Shown here in pieces: positions 22,690-37,399 of a stretch of DNA of 64,000 nucleotides. The stretch comes from Utricularia gibba (Eukaryota; Plantae; Magnoliophyta): contig CM007990.1 of assembly GCA_002189035.1 (NCBI GenBank), forward strand, positions 3,286,001 to 3,350,000, given 5' to 3'. Within the stretch, counting starts at the first letter, position 1, and each line of letters begins with the position of its first letter. The notes below the pieces were generated by a model. That model did no database searches. It was not told the DNA's origin and saw only the letters and a list, made by a program, of their open reading frames with translations. The translations under genes were made by a program, and so were the position numbers.

Positions 22690-25600
22690 ATATGTATAAG
22701 CAAGTTTTGAATAAGGTGGATTTTAGATCCAAAGTCATTCTTTATATTGTTTTTAAAACTAAACTTTTATTTTGTTTTCAGTTTTCTGAATCATCGTTTT
22801 TAAAATAAATTTTCAATAACAATTGCTTGTGGATATGATCTTATTTTATTACTTTAAAGGTTTTTTTGCACTTTCATAATTACCATCAAGTGTTTTGCGT
22901 TGTTGCCGAGGAATCGTATTCCTTTGGATGTTATCTTAGTATGTCCGCACAAGCAAACTCATTTTATCTTGTTGCATGTGTAGGCATAGGGCTTCAACTT
23001 AGTTGTATCCACTCAACTTAGATTGATAGGACTTGCAAGAGAATTAGGTTGGAAAATTGTCGACTGCATAAGCAACAAAAGGAGAAAACATGGCTCGAAG
23101 GCATTCTGGACATGAGGAGGATTTTTTGGTTATGTTTTAATCAAATAGTAGACAGGAACAGATGCCAAGACACAAGCCGAATAGGGCAACTAGATCAACC
23201 TTATTGGCAAATGAAAGAGGACAAGGTATAGGCAGATCTTCTACTCATTGTGATTGTGCAGGCTCATATCGAAGGTGTAGTTGATGGATCTGATCAAGAG
23301 CATGCACGAGAACAAGTAGCACCAAGGTTGGGATCAAATCCAAGTGTGGAACTTCTTCGAGAAGGACCCATAGGTGCATTATCATACCTAAAAAGAACCA
23401 GCAGGCTGTTGGACCATGGTCTAGGAATGCACAGGCATGCAGGCATTAAAAAAGGTCATTTGCAATCAATGCTTGCATAAGACTAGCAAGAGAATAAAGC
23501 TTTTAAAACTCACCAACATGCAAGGCAAAGTAGCAACCCACAAACACCAATGCTGGAAGTAAATTCTCCTCTTAGATGGGAAGGAGAAGATCGTTGGGGG
23601 TATCATGGAGCAGCCCCATGCAATAATCAAAATCTTCATTATGAGGAGAGAGATGAATTCATGGAAAATCCTTAAAGAAAAAATCATCAGAGACAAAGAC
23701 GGATGCACAAGAGGAATTTGCATGCTGATGCACCATCTAGTGAAGATGAAGGACCCAAACCAGTACGTAGGGAACAACTTGTGCAAGCTAGGAATCATCA
23801 CTTAGAAATAGATAGGTACTTGTGCAGGAAGCAGAATGCTAACAAACTTATTGTTGATCCTTGGGATGATGTCCCTTTAGATGATAATTTTTGACACACG
23901 AGGAAGCCTTGTCCAATTACAGCATCAGCCATTAAGTACGAACATTCCAACTTCAGCCTTCGTTGATCACCCATGGTGCAACAAAGCCCATTCCGTGGAG
24001 AATTCAATGAGGATCCCAAAGAGCACATTGAAATTTTTCGAGGATATAATGACATAGTGGCAGAACGAAGAGTCTCCGATGATGTAATCAGGTTACATTT
24101 ATTTTCATTTTTATTATTGGGATTGGCCAGCATATGGTTAGACTCTCTACCATCCAACTCTATTTTCACTTGGAAAAATGGAGGATATATTTTTGGATAA
24201 ATATTTTGAGCCCACGAAATACTCTAACACCAGATTTGAGATTATCAATTTTTTATAGGATAAAGGAAAAAGTATAGCAACAACTTGTGAGATATTTAAA
24301 GCAATAACACAAGTCATAAACAAGTATGGATTCAGCCCTGCTGCTATGATCATGTGCTTTTATGATGGGCTGATTGCACATGCAATGCGACTACTTAATG
24401 TGGGTGTTGGACCCCTTGGCCAGCTAAGTCCTAGGAGAGCTTGAGAACTAATTGATGAGTTTTCAAAACGACAGGCATGATGGTCTCAGCCAGCCAAGAA
24501 TCTAAAGATTGGAGTGTGGGATAACACATGTGATACCACCATCTCAAAGATTAGCAAAACCTTATTGAAGTTGAACAATAAAATCAGCAAGCTCCAGCCC
24601 GTCATCACTCAAGTACAAGCAACCACCAAAAAGATGAAGATTGAGGTAGAAGAGAAAGTATGAATATTAACTTTGTGAATTTTCCGAGAAAACTTGTGCA
24701 AGGAGCTCCTGCACCTGTACAAGGAACAACTAAGAAAATCAGGGCAATACTTGGCTAACCCATAATTAGAACCAACAACAGCCGCAATGCCCATTCTTAC
24801 GATATATGCTCAATCAATTCATGGAAAAATAGGAAGGACTAAATCAAAGAATGTTGGAGCAAATCAAACAAGTATATGGGTTAGTGATTGAGCAACTTAA
24901 GTAGGTGAGAGGGAATTCTCTGACCAAATGATGAAGGTGAATAAGCATCTGGAGCAACTCGGTATGACAACTCATATCTTAGACAGCTAGATGAATAATG
25001 TCACTTAAACTCACAAAGCTTCAAGACTCCCAAGTCAACTAGAGAAAAACCCTGCACAAGCAGACAAGTTGCTGAATGTTTTAGTGTATATATCTCCTCC
25101 TTTTTATAACTCTCTAATTCCTTATCTGAAGAGATAGTAAAAATCATCAATGGATCAACAATATTCCAAGTTTCTGGAGATGCTGAAAACGCTTCATATC
25201 AACATCCCATTCATGATGTGATGTTGCAAATGAATATTTATGTAAAATTCTTGAAGGATATTCTAGCCAACCGCGGGAAAATCAAGAATAATATTGTTAT
25301 TGAATTGTCCAAGCAATGTAATAGGGTTCTGAAACATGGATTGATTCAAAAGCATGCTGACTTTTGCAATTTTTCAGTCTCTTGCGTCATTAGAAGAAGT
25401 AATTTTGAGAAGTCCTTCCATGATCTTGGGTCAAGTATTAGCTTAATGTTTTATTCTTTATTCAAAGCACTGAATATTGAGGAATTTAGAGACATAAAAA
25501 TTCAGGTGGTCTTTATTGATAAATCCATGAACAATCATGAAGGAGTGGTAGAAAACATACTATTAAAAATTGTAAAATATTTTGTTCTTTGTGATTTTGC

Positions 25601-28600
25601 TATTTTAGATATGATGCTTGATGTGCAGGTGCCAATCATCTTTGTGAGACCCTTCATGTCAACCACAGGAATTTTGATTGATGTAAAAGTCGGAAAATTG
25701 ATACTCATATTCAGAGAAGAAGATCTGGATTTTAATGTTGATCAGGCTATAAAGAGATTTTACTGCAAGGAGCTTGTGCAAGGAGAATCAAAAGATGCTG
25801 TTACATAGAAGCATGCACAAGCCATTTTTCTACACGAAATTCTAGAGATAAATCATATGGAGAAAGGAATGGAAGACACCCCAAATGACACACTGATGAT
25901 GGCTCAATTGACAAAGAAGGAGCTTGATGTTGGAGGATAAATTGAATTGAAGAAGCCGGCACTATCATTAAGGTATAAATTTCTTAAGGATGATCACATT
26001 TATCTAGTAATTGTTAATGTAGAATTGGATGATGATTGCATCCAAAAGCTGTTGGATGTCTTGTGCAAGTACCAACAAGCAATTAAGTACACCTCGGATG
26101 ATTTGAAAGGGTTGGATCCTCAATTTTGCACTCATTGGATTTAGTTGGGAGCATAGGCAAGGCCTATTGTGTAACTATGAAGGCAGATGAACCCTATGCT
26201 AAAGGAGGTGATAAAAAACAAAATTTCGAAATTGTTAGATACTGATATCATGTACTCTATTTCAAATAGTCAATGAGTCAACCGAGTGCACTAAATACCA
26301 AAGAAAAGAAGCATGATAGTGATGGAGAATGGGAAAAGAGACTTGATCCCCTTGCATAAGATCACTAACTAGATGATGTGTATTGATTTTTGGAAACTCA
26401 ATGAAGCCACTAGAAAGGATCATTACCCACTACCATTTATTGATCAAATTTTGGAAAAGTTAAGCAATCAAGATTTCTATTGTTACCTAGATAGTTATTC
26501 CGAATATTTCCAGATTCCAATTCATCAGGAGGATCAACACAATACCACATTTACTTGTCCTTTTGGATTATTTGCGTACAAGAGAATGATATTCAATTTT
26601 TGAATGCTCCTGGGACTTTTCAGTGTTGCAAGACAACAATTTTTTTAGGGCATGTGAAAAAGACCATAGAGGTATTTATAAATGATATATTTGTTTATGG
26701 GGTTGACTTCAATTCATGTTTGCAGAACTTAAGCATCATTTTAGAGAGGTGCATTGAGTGCAACTTGGTGGTCAATTGGGAGAAATGTCATTTTATGATA
26801 AAAGAATACATTGTGCTTGGATATCATATTTCATTCAAAGTCATTCAAGTGGATCCATAAAAAATGAAAGTGATTGTAAATTACCATCACCAACTATAAT
26901 AAAGAGGATTAGAAGCTTCTTGAGGCATGTAGGATTTTATAGGAGATTAATTGCTAATTTTTCTTACATTTCTAGACCACTAACAGTACTGCTTGCGCAA
27001 GACATAGAATTCTGTTTAGATACAGAATACATACATATCTTCAACACATTGAAACAGGTCCTTGTAACTTCACTCATTCTTCAACCACCAGATTGGACCT
27101 TACCATTTAAGCTGATGTGCAATGTAAGTGATTGTGTTGTAGAGACTATTCTTGGGCAAAAAAGAGACAAGGTAATTCATGTAATTTATTATGTTAGTAA
27201 AACTCTCAATGCAACTCAAAGGAACTACATAACCACATAAAAGAAGTTGATGATAATTGTTTTTGCCATTGAAAAAATTCAGATCCTACTTGCTGAGTGT
27301 GAAGGTAATTGTTCATACGGATCATGCGGCCTAGAAATATCTTTTTAGCAAGCAAGAATCGAAGCCTAGGTTGATTAGATGCTCCAAGAATTTGATTTGG
27401 AGATTAATAACAAGAAGGACAAGGAAAATGAAGTAGCTAATCATTTGTCATGCTTAGAAAATTATCTTGTTGGAGGTGCCTTGCCCCCAGAATCTGCATT
27501 TCAACCAATGGAAGTGCTTCCTTGTACAAGCAATGTATTATTTCTAAAAGGAATCTATGCTTTTCAAACGATATGCTGATTGAATTATTAGAAGATGCCT
27601 ACTACCAGAGAAGATAAGGAACGTTATTTGGCACTTTCATTCATCATCATATGGAGGGCATGCAGCTGCATCCAAACTACTTTTCAAAATTCTTCAATCT
27701 TAATTTTATTGCCTACTAGGATCATGATGTGAGGGCATTTGTTCAAGCATGTGATATACATTTTGGAGATAGAAATCTTTGATGTTTGGGGTCTGGATTT
27801 TATGGGGTATTTTCATTCATCTTATGGCCACACCCAAGTTCTAGAATTGATGAAAGAGTTGTAACTAACAGGAAATTGAAGAGGTTTCTAGACCGTACGG
27901 TGGTCAAAACCCAAAAGGATTGGACAAGCAAATTCACAAATGCTCTATGGGCTTATCGCACAGCACATAAGACTCCATTGGGGACCTCTCCTTACTGTTT
28001 GGTTTATGGGAAAGACTTTCAATCACCCATGGAACTGAAGCATAATGCCAATTGGGTGATCAAGGAATCAAATTTGGATGCTAAGGTAGTTTGGGGAACA
28101 AAGAATTTTGCCGCTACAAGAGCTAGATGAATTAAGGATGAGTGCCTACAAAAAGGCAAATGCGTACAAGGAACAAACAAAGGTTTGGCATGACAATCAC
28201 TTGCGCAAGAAGGACTTGGCAGAAGGTGACCCAGTTTTGTTATTTAACTCTCGTTTTCATTTATTTCCAGGAAAGCTCAAATCCAGATGGCGTGGACTAT
28301 ATGTTATCAAGAGAATCTACCCTAATGGAGCAGTAATCATCACCCACCTAGATCATAGAGAATTTATGATAAACATTCAATTTTTGAAATGGTTTCATGA
28401 AGGAGTAAAATCTTTCATAGATAGATTGTGTGTTCCGGTGGATCTCTCCAACCACCCTCCACCTTGATGAGGAAGCATCTATGGTTTACTTGCTACCATT
28501 ATAAAAACAAGTGATTTTTCTTTTATTATTTTAATTTATTTTCGATTTTCTCTTGCATTTTTCTGTATTCAACTAGCACATGTGCAAAAACTTCTCTTTA

Positions 28601-29860
28601 CCCAAGGACTGAGCATTTTGAAAACAATTTTGTTCATTTGCTTATGCAAGTTGCAAAAACCAAGAGTTCTTTTTCAAAAGAAGAAAAGTTGAGAGCAATT
28701 TTCAATTCATTGATCAAGCTCTCTCTCAATATTTTATGGATAGATTTTCAACAATATTATATTTAAGATAGAGATCGATTTTGCCAAAAAAAAAAAAAGA
28801 AATAAATAAAGAAGATGAGAAGAAGAGAGAGAGAGAAAAGAGACTGAAGGGTTGGAACAAGCCACAAATGTAGAAGAGAAGAAGCTTGTTGGAGTACAAA
28901 AATCAAAGGACAAATATGGCATAAATTGTTTGATGGATGCTTACCCCTTGCTACCCATAATATGGAGCCTTCAGTCGAATTTCTCAACTATCCCAAGCTC
29001 CTGCCAAGTTACAACCCAAGAATAAGATGTAATGATTGCACAAGCTTACTAAAACTAGTGGATCACTCATGCAAGTTCACTAACTCTCCTACATCAAAGT
29101 ATTGAGCGAATCATTTTCATTTCACTCTCCTATTATGAATTTCTTTTCTTGAACACAATGAGTGAGACCTATGAGGAGTGCAGGGGAAGCTAATGAATGG
29201 TGTGCCATTAGATAACTCACACATATTACTAATCATAAATCTATTTGCAAGCTATTATTTTGGAGGAAAAATGCTTTGAACAATTTCTTGAGGATAAGCA
29301 AACATTTAAGTGTCACTTATTTTCATTCCTTTTATCTTATTTTTCCTATGTTTTTAGATGAACTTTATATATTTCATATCATTTTGATTTTTGGAGAGAA
29401 AGTATGTTTTGTGATTTTTTCAAAATGATTTTGATCTAATTTAAAGGAGATTCGAGCTGATCTTTATATGGGTTTGATTTATCCAGATGAAAACTTGGTC
29501 AAAGATTCGCATCTTATTTTGGAAGATTTCAATCTTATCTTAAAAGATTTAGATAGAATATTTGATACCAACGTATCAAAGAAGCCCAACAAATCTCCAA
29601 CATTATATAAAGATCGGAGACCAAAGAGTCAGTCTAGTAGTCTAGAGGAGCATGCACTTGTGAGCACTTACGGCTAAGGATTTGCAGTGAAACCTTGTTT
29701 GCACAAATCCTGCATATGTAACTGTTTTACTATGTTTTTTGACATTTAATTTGATATTTGATTTTGTTTTTCGTAATTTTTTTCCTTATCAACGTACTAT
29801 TTAGTACCATATAATCCAAGAGAGTATGGAAGAATCTTGTATTGACCTCAAGCACAATTT
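22690..29860 (+). mobile_element. Athila-like Ty3/gypsy LTR retrotransposon, degenerate
   Basis: 5' LTR end ...taccatca (22888) followed by a PBS-like tttgcgttgttgccgagga. Then gag (IDRTCKRIR; QSPFRGEFNEDPKEHIE), protease (DLGSSISLM), RT (MCIDFWKLNEATRKDHYPLPFIDQ, VFINDIF, VNWEKCHFM), RNase H (PDWTLPFKLMC), integrase (WAYRTAHKTPLGTSPY, KLKSRWRG). 3' LTR remnant from ~29311. Confidence 0.93.
22975..28467 (+). pseudogene. gag-pol of the Athila-like element (gypsy order PR-RT-RH-IN), many stops and frameshifts
   Basis: ORF fragments 23973-24200, 25218-25808, 26373-26860, 26758-27240, 27379-27579 and 27786-28467. Confidence 0.9.
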
Positions 29861-32049
29861 AAATTCAAACTATTTATTCATTATAATATCCCTAATGCCA
29901 TCGATCTAGAGGTTCAACGAGCTTATAATATTAAAAAATGACAGCCATTCATCTCATTCACGAGGCTCAATGAGCTTAAATTCTACATGTGATGATATAT
30001 ATATTTTTGGAGTATAAAAAAGTGAATAATGTAATTTTTTAATAATTAAACCCAGATTCAAAAAATTAATAATTTTTGAATTTAATCTTAAATATAAATT
30101 AATAATTTTATTACAAAATAAAAGGAGGTTGGAATTTATAAAATTTTAAAAAATAAGTCTAAGAAATTATGAAAATCTCTAAATTGTTGCATGGCACAGG
30201 ATGTTTGATTTGAAGTTTGATTGGGTTTGGGTTTGATGATGGCACTCCCACACCCAATATTATTATTTCACTAGATAGGATTTAACATGTGGCCCAAAAA
30301 AACCTGAGAGGGTCTTATACCCCTCTTCCTTGCAAGTCAAACTTGGGTTCACTTATCATTAGAGGTGACATTGATTCAAACCAGAACTGTATGATTTCGA
30401 GCAAGCTCGAGATATTTGGAATGCATAAACCATAATTTTAACCTGTGTGGAACCGATGGAGCCAACGGTTCAAAATTGATGAACCATCGATTTCATTTTT
30501 TAATGGTTTGAAATATCTTTAATAGATATTATTGAAACTTGAAAAATTCTTGAAAAAATAATGTGTTTTGCAAGCACCTCCAATGGCTCATGTGGGTATT
30601 TGAAATCATTCTCAATTTTAAAACTATTTTTAGATGCTCTTAATAATCGTTTAAAAAGTCTTAAAAATCTTTGAAAAAAATGACGCAAGCATCCACAACG
30701 CCTCATGTGGGTGATTAAAAATTAATCTCCAAAAAATTGTTGATTCTGATTCCAATTTAGTTCAATATTTTTTATTTTGACTTTCGATTAGTTCAAAGTT
30801 TAAAATTCTGGTTTCGAACTGAAATCAAAATCAACAATAAACTACAATTTATGAACCGAATGTTAAAAAAAATCGCTCGGTTCCAAACTGATCAATTCAA
30901 GAATGTAGGGGCAACTAGACTATTTGTTTTGAAAATGTAACCAACCTCATTATGGATTTCCATGTTGCCCTTTTGGGGGCATTTCTTAATATTCTTCAAA
31001 GCAAATCATCATTGTTTAGGACAATCAATGCTATTATTATTAGCACGTTTTAAGGAACTGCTGCAGACACCACACGTGCTTTGTGCTTCATAGTTAATGC
31101 TATTATGCCTTTTTTAAAAAAAAAAAAAAATAGGCATCACTCATTGCTCATATTCTTTCAACATTCCCACCATCGTTCGGAAATCTGCTCCCTCAAAATC
31201 CTCGTCCTACGTTGAAGCATAGCTCCGCGGAGTACACTCACACAGTATGATGTAAATGTCTGCTATTGCTTTATCCCTTTTCCAGCATAATGATTTGGCT
31301 TCAATAACCTACTTACGATATAATAGAGTGGTTTAATATCATAATGCACTCCACCAACCCCATTAGCCCAGCCATATGCGACACGTGCTGTGCATTTATG
31401 ACATAACACGTGCTAAACGGAAAGTGCTTCGAAAGGGAAACGCGCGCGGTACCTTATCACTCACACCATCGCCAGTTGGGGGTTCCTTATAAATCTAATT
31501 TTAAGAAAATACTGATTATATGATTATATGTAAGTGTAGTAGAAATCTATCCATTTTTATTTTGTAAATAGTTTTTATTTAATAAATTTTGAAATTGATA
31601 TATTATAAACATTTATTCAATATAAAAATAATAACATGTAATAATTAACAAAATTATGTTATAAAATATGTATAAATATGAATAAAAAATATGTTTTTTC
31701 AAAAATCGAAAAAAATGGATTTTTCACCAAACTGAGTGCATATTTTTTTAGGTATTGTTTATGTAATTTTTAAATCGATTGCATAATTTTTCTATTTTAT
31801 TTTGAAATTGTAATACTTGATTCTTAATTGTTATTTAAATTGAGTGTGATTTTTTTATTTTATTATTTATTTAATCTTTAAATATTTTTTGGATCGAGTG
31901 CAATTTTCTTAATTTGTTATGTACTGATCTTTAAGTATTATTTGGATTGAGTGTAATTTTTTATTTTATTATACATTCAATTCTTAAGTATTATTTATAT
32001 CGAACGTATTTTTTATTTTAAATTTATATTATGCTCTTGATCCTCAATT

Positions 32050-32900
32050 CTTATTAGTATTAACCTCATGAAAAGCTTGTTGCTTTCTTTTTATCTTTTA
32101 CCAAGTCAACTTATTGGATGAAAAAAATTTCAAAAGAACTCATACCTGTGAGTATTCAGTCACGTGGTCATTATCATAACCTTCACATGAAACATCAGTA
32201 TCTAAATATTCACAAGTTGACTTTTGGAAGGCATATGATTTGGAACGAGTAATTGCTTATCATAACTTTCACATACAATGTGGCAATCAATCTCAATATA
32301 TTTAGTGCGTTCATGAAACATAGGATTTTGTGTAATATGAATGGTTGATTTGTTATCACACAATAATAGGATATACCCTTGTACTGCATAACATAAATCC
32401 TTCAAAAGGGATGCCTGTCATCGTAGTCCCAATGTGGCAGCTGAAGAGATCAGCTGCCCACCTAAAAAGATACACTTACATGTTTGTGTATTACTATATT
32501 TGAAGAAATATTGACTTTCTTTGAAATGACTATATTAAGTATAGTCATATTTCAAAAAGATTTTTAGAGGATGACAATCTCTCAAATTTTAGTGGAGAGA
32601 AATGACCATGTGTTCAAATTAACCCTACCACATGGTGGGAGTCAAAGTACTTTGGGTTGGATTATGGAACCTACTTCCTATCTTAGTGTTTTCTCATTTG
32701 CATGAAGGGTTGTGACCAACAAACAATTCAGGAATAGTTATACAATGGGACCGCATGTATGGAAAACATCATTGGATTCATCCAGTCATATCCATTCATG
32801 ATATTTAGTGCTTGTTGCAATGACAAATAATGCAGTTAGGAAGACCTCTTGCATTTTCAGTAAATAATGGAAAATAATAAATCATAGCTATAGAAATTAA
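32050..32900 (-). mobile_element. Ty1/copia remnant (RNase H end)
   Basis: ORF 32202-32405: LLCDNKSTIHITQNPMFHERTKYIEIDCHIV...PSKSQLVNI, matching the copia CDNxSA..NPVxHxRTKHIEID motif. Confidence 0.8.
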
Positions 32901-35199
32901 TTATATGATTTATTATTTTCCATTATTTACTAAATCTAGCAATAATTTAAATCATAGATAAAAATGCGTTAATTTATTGATTAAATCTACTTTTCTCATA
33001 TATAACACATTTAATTCTATTAGATTTGATGCAAAAAAAAAATACCTCTAACATTCAAAATTCAATTTTCCAAGTAAACCTACTAGTTTTGATATATTTC
33101 ATAGTAACATGGATCACATTGTAGATTTAGATAATTTATTTTATATAATAATATTTGTTGATATTATTATTGATTAAATTTTTCCTTAATTTGATTTTTA
33201 ATAGTTTAATTATATTTATTTTTAACATTTTATACATGAATGTGCTGAATCTTAATTTAATAAAATTAAACATATTGTAACTGACATTTATACTTAAGAA
33301 CCAAAATTCCCAAATTATATTGCAAACTACATAATTAACATAATTATCAATTCAGAATTAGAGTGCGATATTGTGTAAAAATTGATGATATTTGTAGTAT
33401 TTTAACTTTTTGGATAAGGAATTAGGTGAGTTAGAATAGATCAAATTATCAAAATTAGTGTTAATGAATTTATTTTATCCAAAAATCTATTTTTGCACCT
33501 ATTTTACATTGCTCCATTTGCTAGGATGAATCTACTATTCATCCAGGCCCTTGGAATGCACAGTCCATCTAGGCTAGGCCATGTTATAACCATCTTGTGC
33601 AGCAATTATTAATTCAGAGTCAAAATATAAATTACGCATCTACATACATGAGTGGATAAGACTACCTGGTGGGAAACAGGGAATGAGAAACTATGCCACC
33701 CAAAGGCATGCAATAGGGGGTAGGAACGATCGAATAGAGAGAGAATGAAGATTTATGATGCTGGAAGGAGATTTTCCATCGAGTTTGAACACGTTACAGG
33801 GAAAAAAATGAAGGAGGAACAATTTCAGTGTGACAACAGAACCTAACTCCAACACCTGCGGCACTGCAAAACCGTTTGCACATATGACTTACCACTTAAA
33901 ACCGTTGGCTCCTTGTGAATCGATCTAAACTTGCCATTATTACATTATTTTCTTCATGAATTTGATGTAGATTTTATGTTCAATTTTATATATATCTTTT
34001 AATGAGAAAAATCTCTAAGCCTACGATACCTTTAACATTTTCTACCAATCACAAAGTATTACAAGAAAATACAAATGTAGAATCCTCCCTAAAACAGAAA
34101 ATATCGTCGAAGCAGCCTCAGTTTGTTCTATTCATTCCCTGCAAACAAATTCTCTTTTTATAAGCAGTAGATCTTTTTCTCTCTTTTTTCACTCCAATCT
34201 TGCACGCCAACCATAGTTAATTGCATTATTGTGATGTTGTTGCTTTTTTTTCACAAGCCTTTCTTATCCTTCCTTCGCATTCAGACTTGTAATTCATGTT
34301 TCACTCCTATACTTGTAATAAATTCGAAATTGGTCTAATTACATGGCCCAACCCAAATGGACCAGACTTATGGACTTTGATGAATGATAGCACATAATTT
34401 TCAGTGTTGTAGGACTAGAAAATGATTAATATCATGTTATAAAATTAGTGTTTTATCAAGTATTTCCGTATTTTTTGTGTTTAGCAGTGATTTTTGTGTC
34501 TTTTAGTCAAGATAGAAAGAAAAAAATATCTCTAGGACTTTAGGAAAACCATCAAATTAATACATAGTTTACTATGCATTTTTATCTTATTTTTATCAAT
34601 TGTATATCTATGGATTTCATGGAATGACTACAATGTTGAATTAATTAATGCCTTACTTTGGTATGCACAACATCTTCTTTAGGTAATGATATTCTTCCTA
34701 TGATTAGAAATTTTCCAAATACAATTTTAAATTTACTTGCAAGAAACTAAATATAATACTTTTTGTTGAAACTAAAAACTTTACTATTATTGGTGTAGAT
34801 TTGTTCACATGCAAATATAGAGATATATGATGCATGGAAAGTGGTTCTAGCCACAATTTGTGGAAGTTAATGATGTTTAGGAAATATTTAAATTTTTTGT
34901 ATCAGAAATGATAAATATAATAAACAAACATAATAAAACTTTGATATGACTTAGTGAAATATACAATAAATTCATGTCACTTTCAAAATATTTTTCTTGA
35001 ATAATTTTAATTTCAAAAATACATTATTTTTATATAAAAGAAAATAAGCATTTGTTATTTTATTAATTTTTAATACTTATTTTCAATAATATAAAACATT
35101 TTTAAATTTTGTGCTGATTCATTATGAAAAATTAAATACAAATCCGTGATCAAAATTTTAGGCTTTCATAAATTTACAGTAATATTTTTTTGAAAATTT

Positions 35200-36307
35200 T
35201 GTGATAATAATAAAAAAGATCGTATTCATAGAGAATTGTTACTAAAATTTTCTTTTCAAAACAATGACTCAAAAGATGGAAAACAAAATATAAGATTGGT
35301 TTTAAAAACAACCAGAAAAGTGGCTTCAGATCTAGTATCGACCTTACTCAAAACTCGTCTAAACTTGTATGTATAAACCTTGATAATTAACCAGCTTGCG
35401 CAAGTTCTAGAGGTGTTATTGTGAAATAGTGCTACTCAATAACTATTATAGCACCGATTTTCATTTAGTGGGATTATGGAATCAACCATGTCACTAGAAC
35501 CGTTTTACCTCTTGTGACACGTGTTTTTCTTATAATCAAATCTAACCATGCACCTCATACCTTGCAAATAGATTAGATAGAATATATATTACCAATAATG
35601 TCTGATTGAACTCTTCTCCTTAGGTGCATGTGGCCAATCTTTAATTCTCCCACATTCCCTTAAAGGTATGTAGTATTAAATTGCATGTTGGTAAGAAAAA
35701 TGTTGCAAGAAACAGAATCAAACTTCAAGTTAAATATAAAAAAAATATAGTAAATCAATCACATGCGTAGGACTTGTGCAAATAAGGTTTTACTGCAGAT
35801 CTTTATTCGCAAGTGCTCACACTTGCATGCTTAATTCTAAACAATAAAAGTTGATGAAAAACAAAAAGAAAATAATCCCGGACTCGACTCCAAACCCTAA
35901 AACTGACTCGATTGCTTTGATCTTGGAACTAAGGTCTTTATATAATGGTAGAGATTTGTCGAACTTTCTAGATGCGCTTATAATAAATCTTCTATCCGAA
36001 AATTCTATGATAAGATACAAATTTTCTAAGATATGATCCAAATATTTTAACATAAGATACGAATCTTATCTTATTTGAAAATATTTAATTGATTCTTTAT
36101 CTGGATAGACCAAGGTCAACTCGAAAATCCTCCAAATTTTACCAAAATATTTTGAAAATCCACAAACCACACTTTTACCTCAAAAAGATTAAATGAAAGA
36201 TATAAAATTCTTTTAAAAGTATAAGTAAAGAGGAATAAAAGTAATGCAAAAACATATTAAAATAGCCTTAAAAAATATAAATATAAATGACAAAAAATCA
36301 TTTATCA
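35200..36307 (-). mobile_element. Solo or degenerate LTR of the same family as the Athila-like element (LTR-A)
   Basis: The minus strand starts TGATAAATGATTTTTTGTC, as at 46944. The internal block gatctgcagtaaaaccttatttgcacaagtcctacgcatgtg is shared with ~29680 and ~48805. The far end resembles the LTR-A 3' end but is eroded. Confidence 0.75.
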
Positions 36308-37399
36308 TTTTATAATATCTTTTTAGTTAAATAAAATATCTATAAAACAAATAATATATATATATATATATATTGGAATTAATAAACATATTTGAAGAGA
36401 CTAAATAGAATAAAAGAAAAAGGCAAGGAACTGATTCGATTTATATGGTGTATAGAACATTTGCATTTTTACAATGGGTATAATTATAAATTATTCTCTT
36501 TCACGCTAACAAACTTAAAGATACATAATTTCCAAAGTACTACGTTACAAACTATTTTTATTTTATTGATTTTATTAAAAACATTGTCAAAATAATATAT
36601 ATTCAATTAAGCTGTAGAAAAATATTTAGAAAAAATTGATTTTATATATATCTTAAATGTATATTATTGTATAAAATATTAAATTGCTAGTTATTTTTAA
36701 AAATTATTTACATTATGTCTATTTATTATAAAACTTAAACCATAATTGATGAGATAAATTCAATTATTTATTCAAAAAGAAAATTTTATATTAGAAAATT
36801 GAAAACTCAATTAGAGGAACAAGAAATTGAAGAAAATGAGACAGTATATCATAGAGTAAACAATGAGCAAACTATAGATTCGTTTGCCACATAATGGATG
36901 GAAGATAATGATACTGTACAATTACATTTAGACTTCGAAGAAGTTCAATTAAACAAGTTATAAAAAGCATCTATCAATACGAAACAAAATATCTAATGTT
37001 TTCTCTTGAGAATCTTGATACTTTAAGGTCAATGAAATCAATCATCCTAAATATTAATGGTCTATTGGCAGATGTCATATACATGGACAAGGGACATGCA
37101 TTAAGAACGTCTAGTTACATCATTGAGAGTAGAACAAGTAGCAGAATTATTATCACTCTATTTACTTATTCACTATCATTGTTCATTTTCCATTGCAATT
37201 TATCTTACACCAAATTGCCAAACTATAGCAAATTTATAGATTGATGTACAGGAATGTTTGATGTTGTGATTAGCAGCTTATTTACGTTATAAAATGGGAT
37301 TTAATACAATATTTCGAAATGTTTGTGATTAGTAGCTTATTGACGTGTTTTTATTCCAGATTGGAACAAAATCATTCCCAATCCTTGTTTTAATCACTT

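Noticed and set aside
30430-30900. MITE with gaaccg-type ends
   Set aside because: Only scattered aaccg/cggtt motifs and a short internal direct repeat; no clean TIR or TSD could be defined.
33480-34330. Possible miRNA or other ncRNA locus in unique-looking intergenic DNA
   Set aside because: No conserved mature plant miRNA, tRNA or snoRNA motif and no convincing long stem recognised by eye; an Infernal/Rfam scan would be needed.
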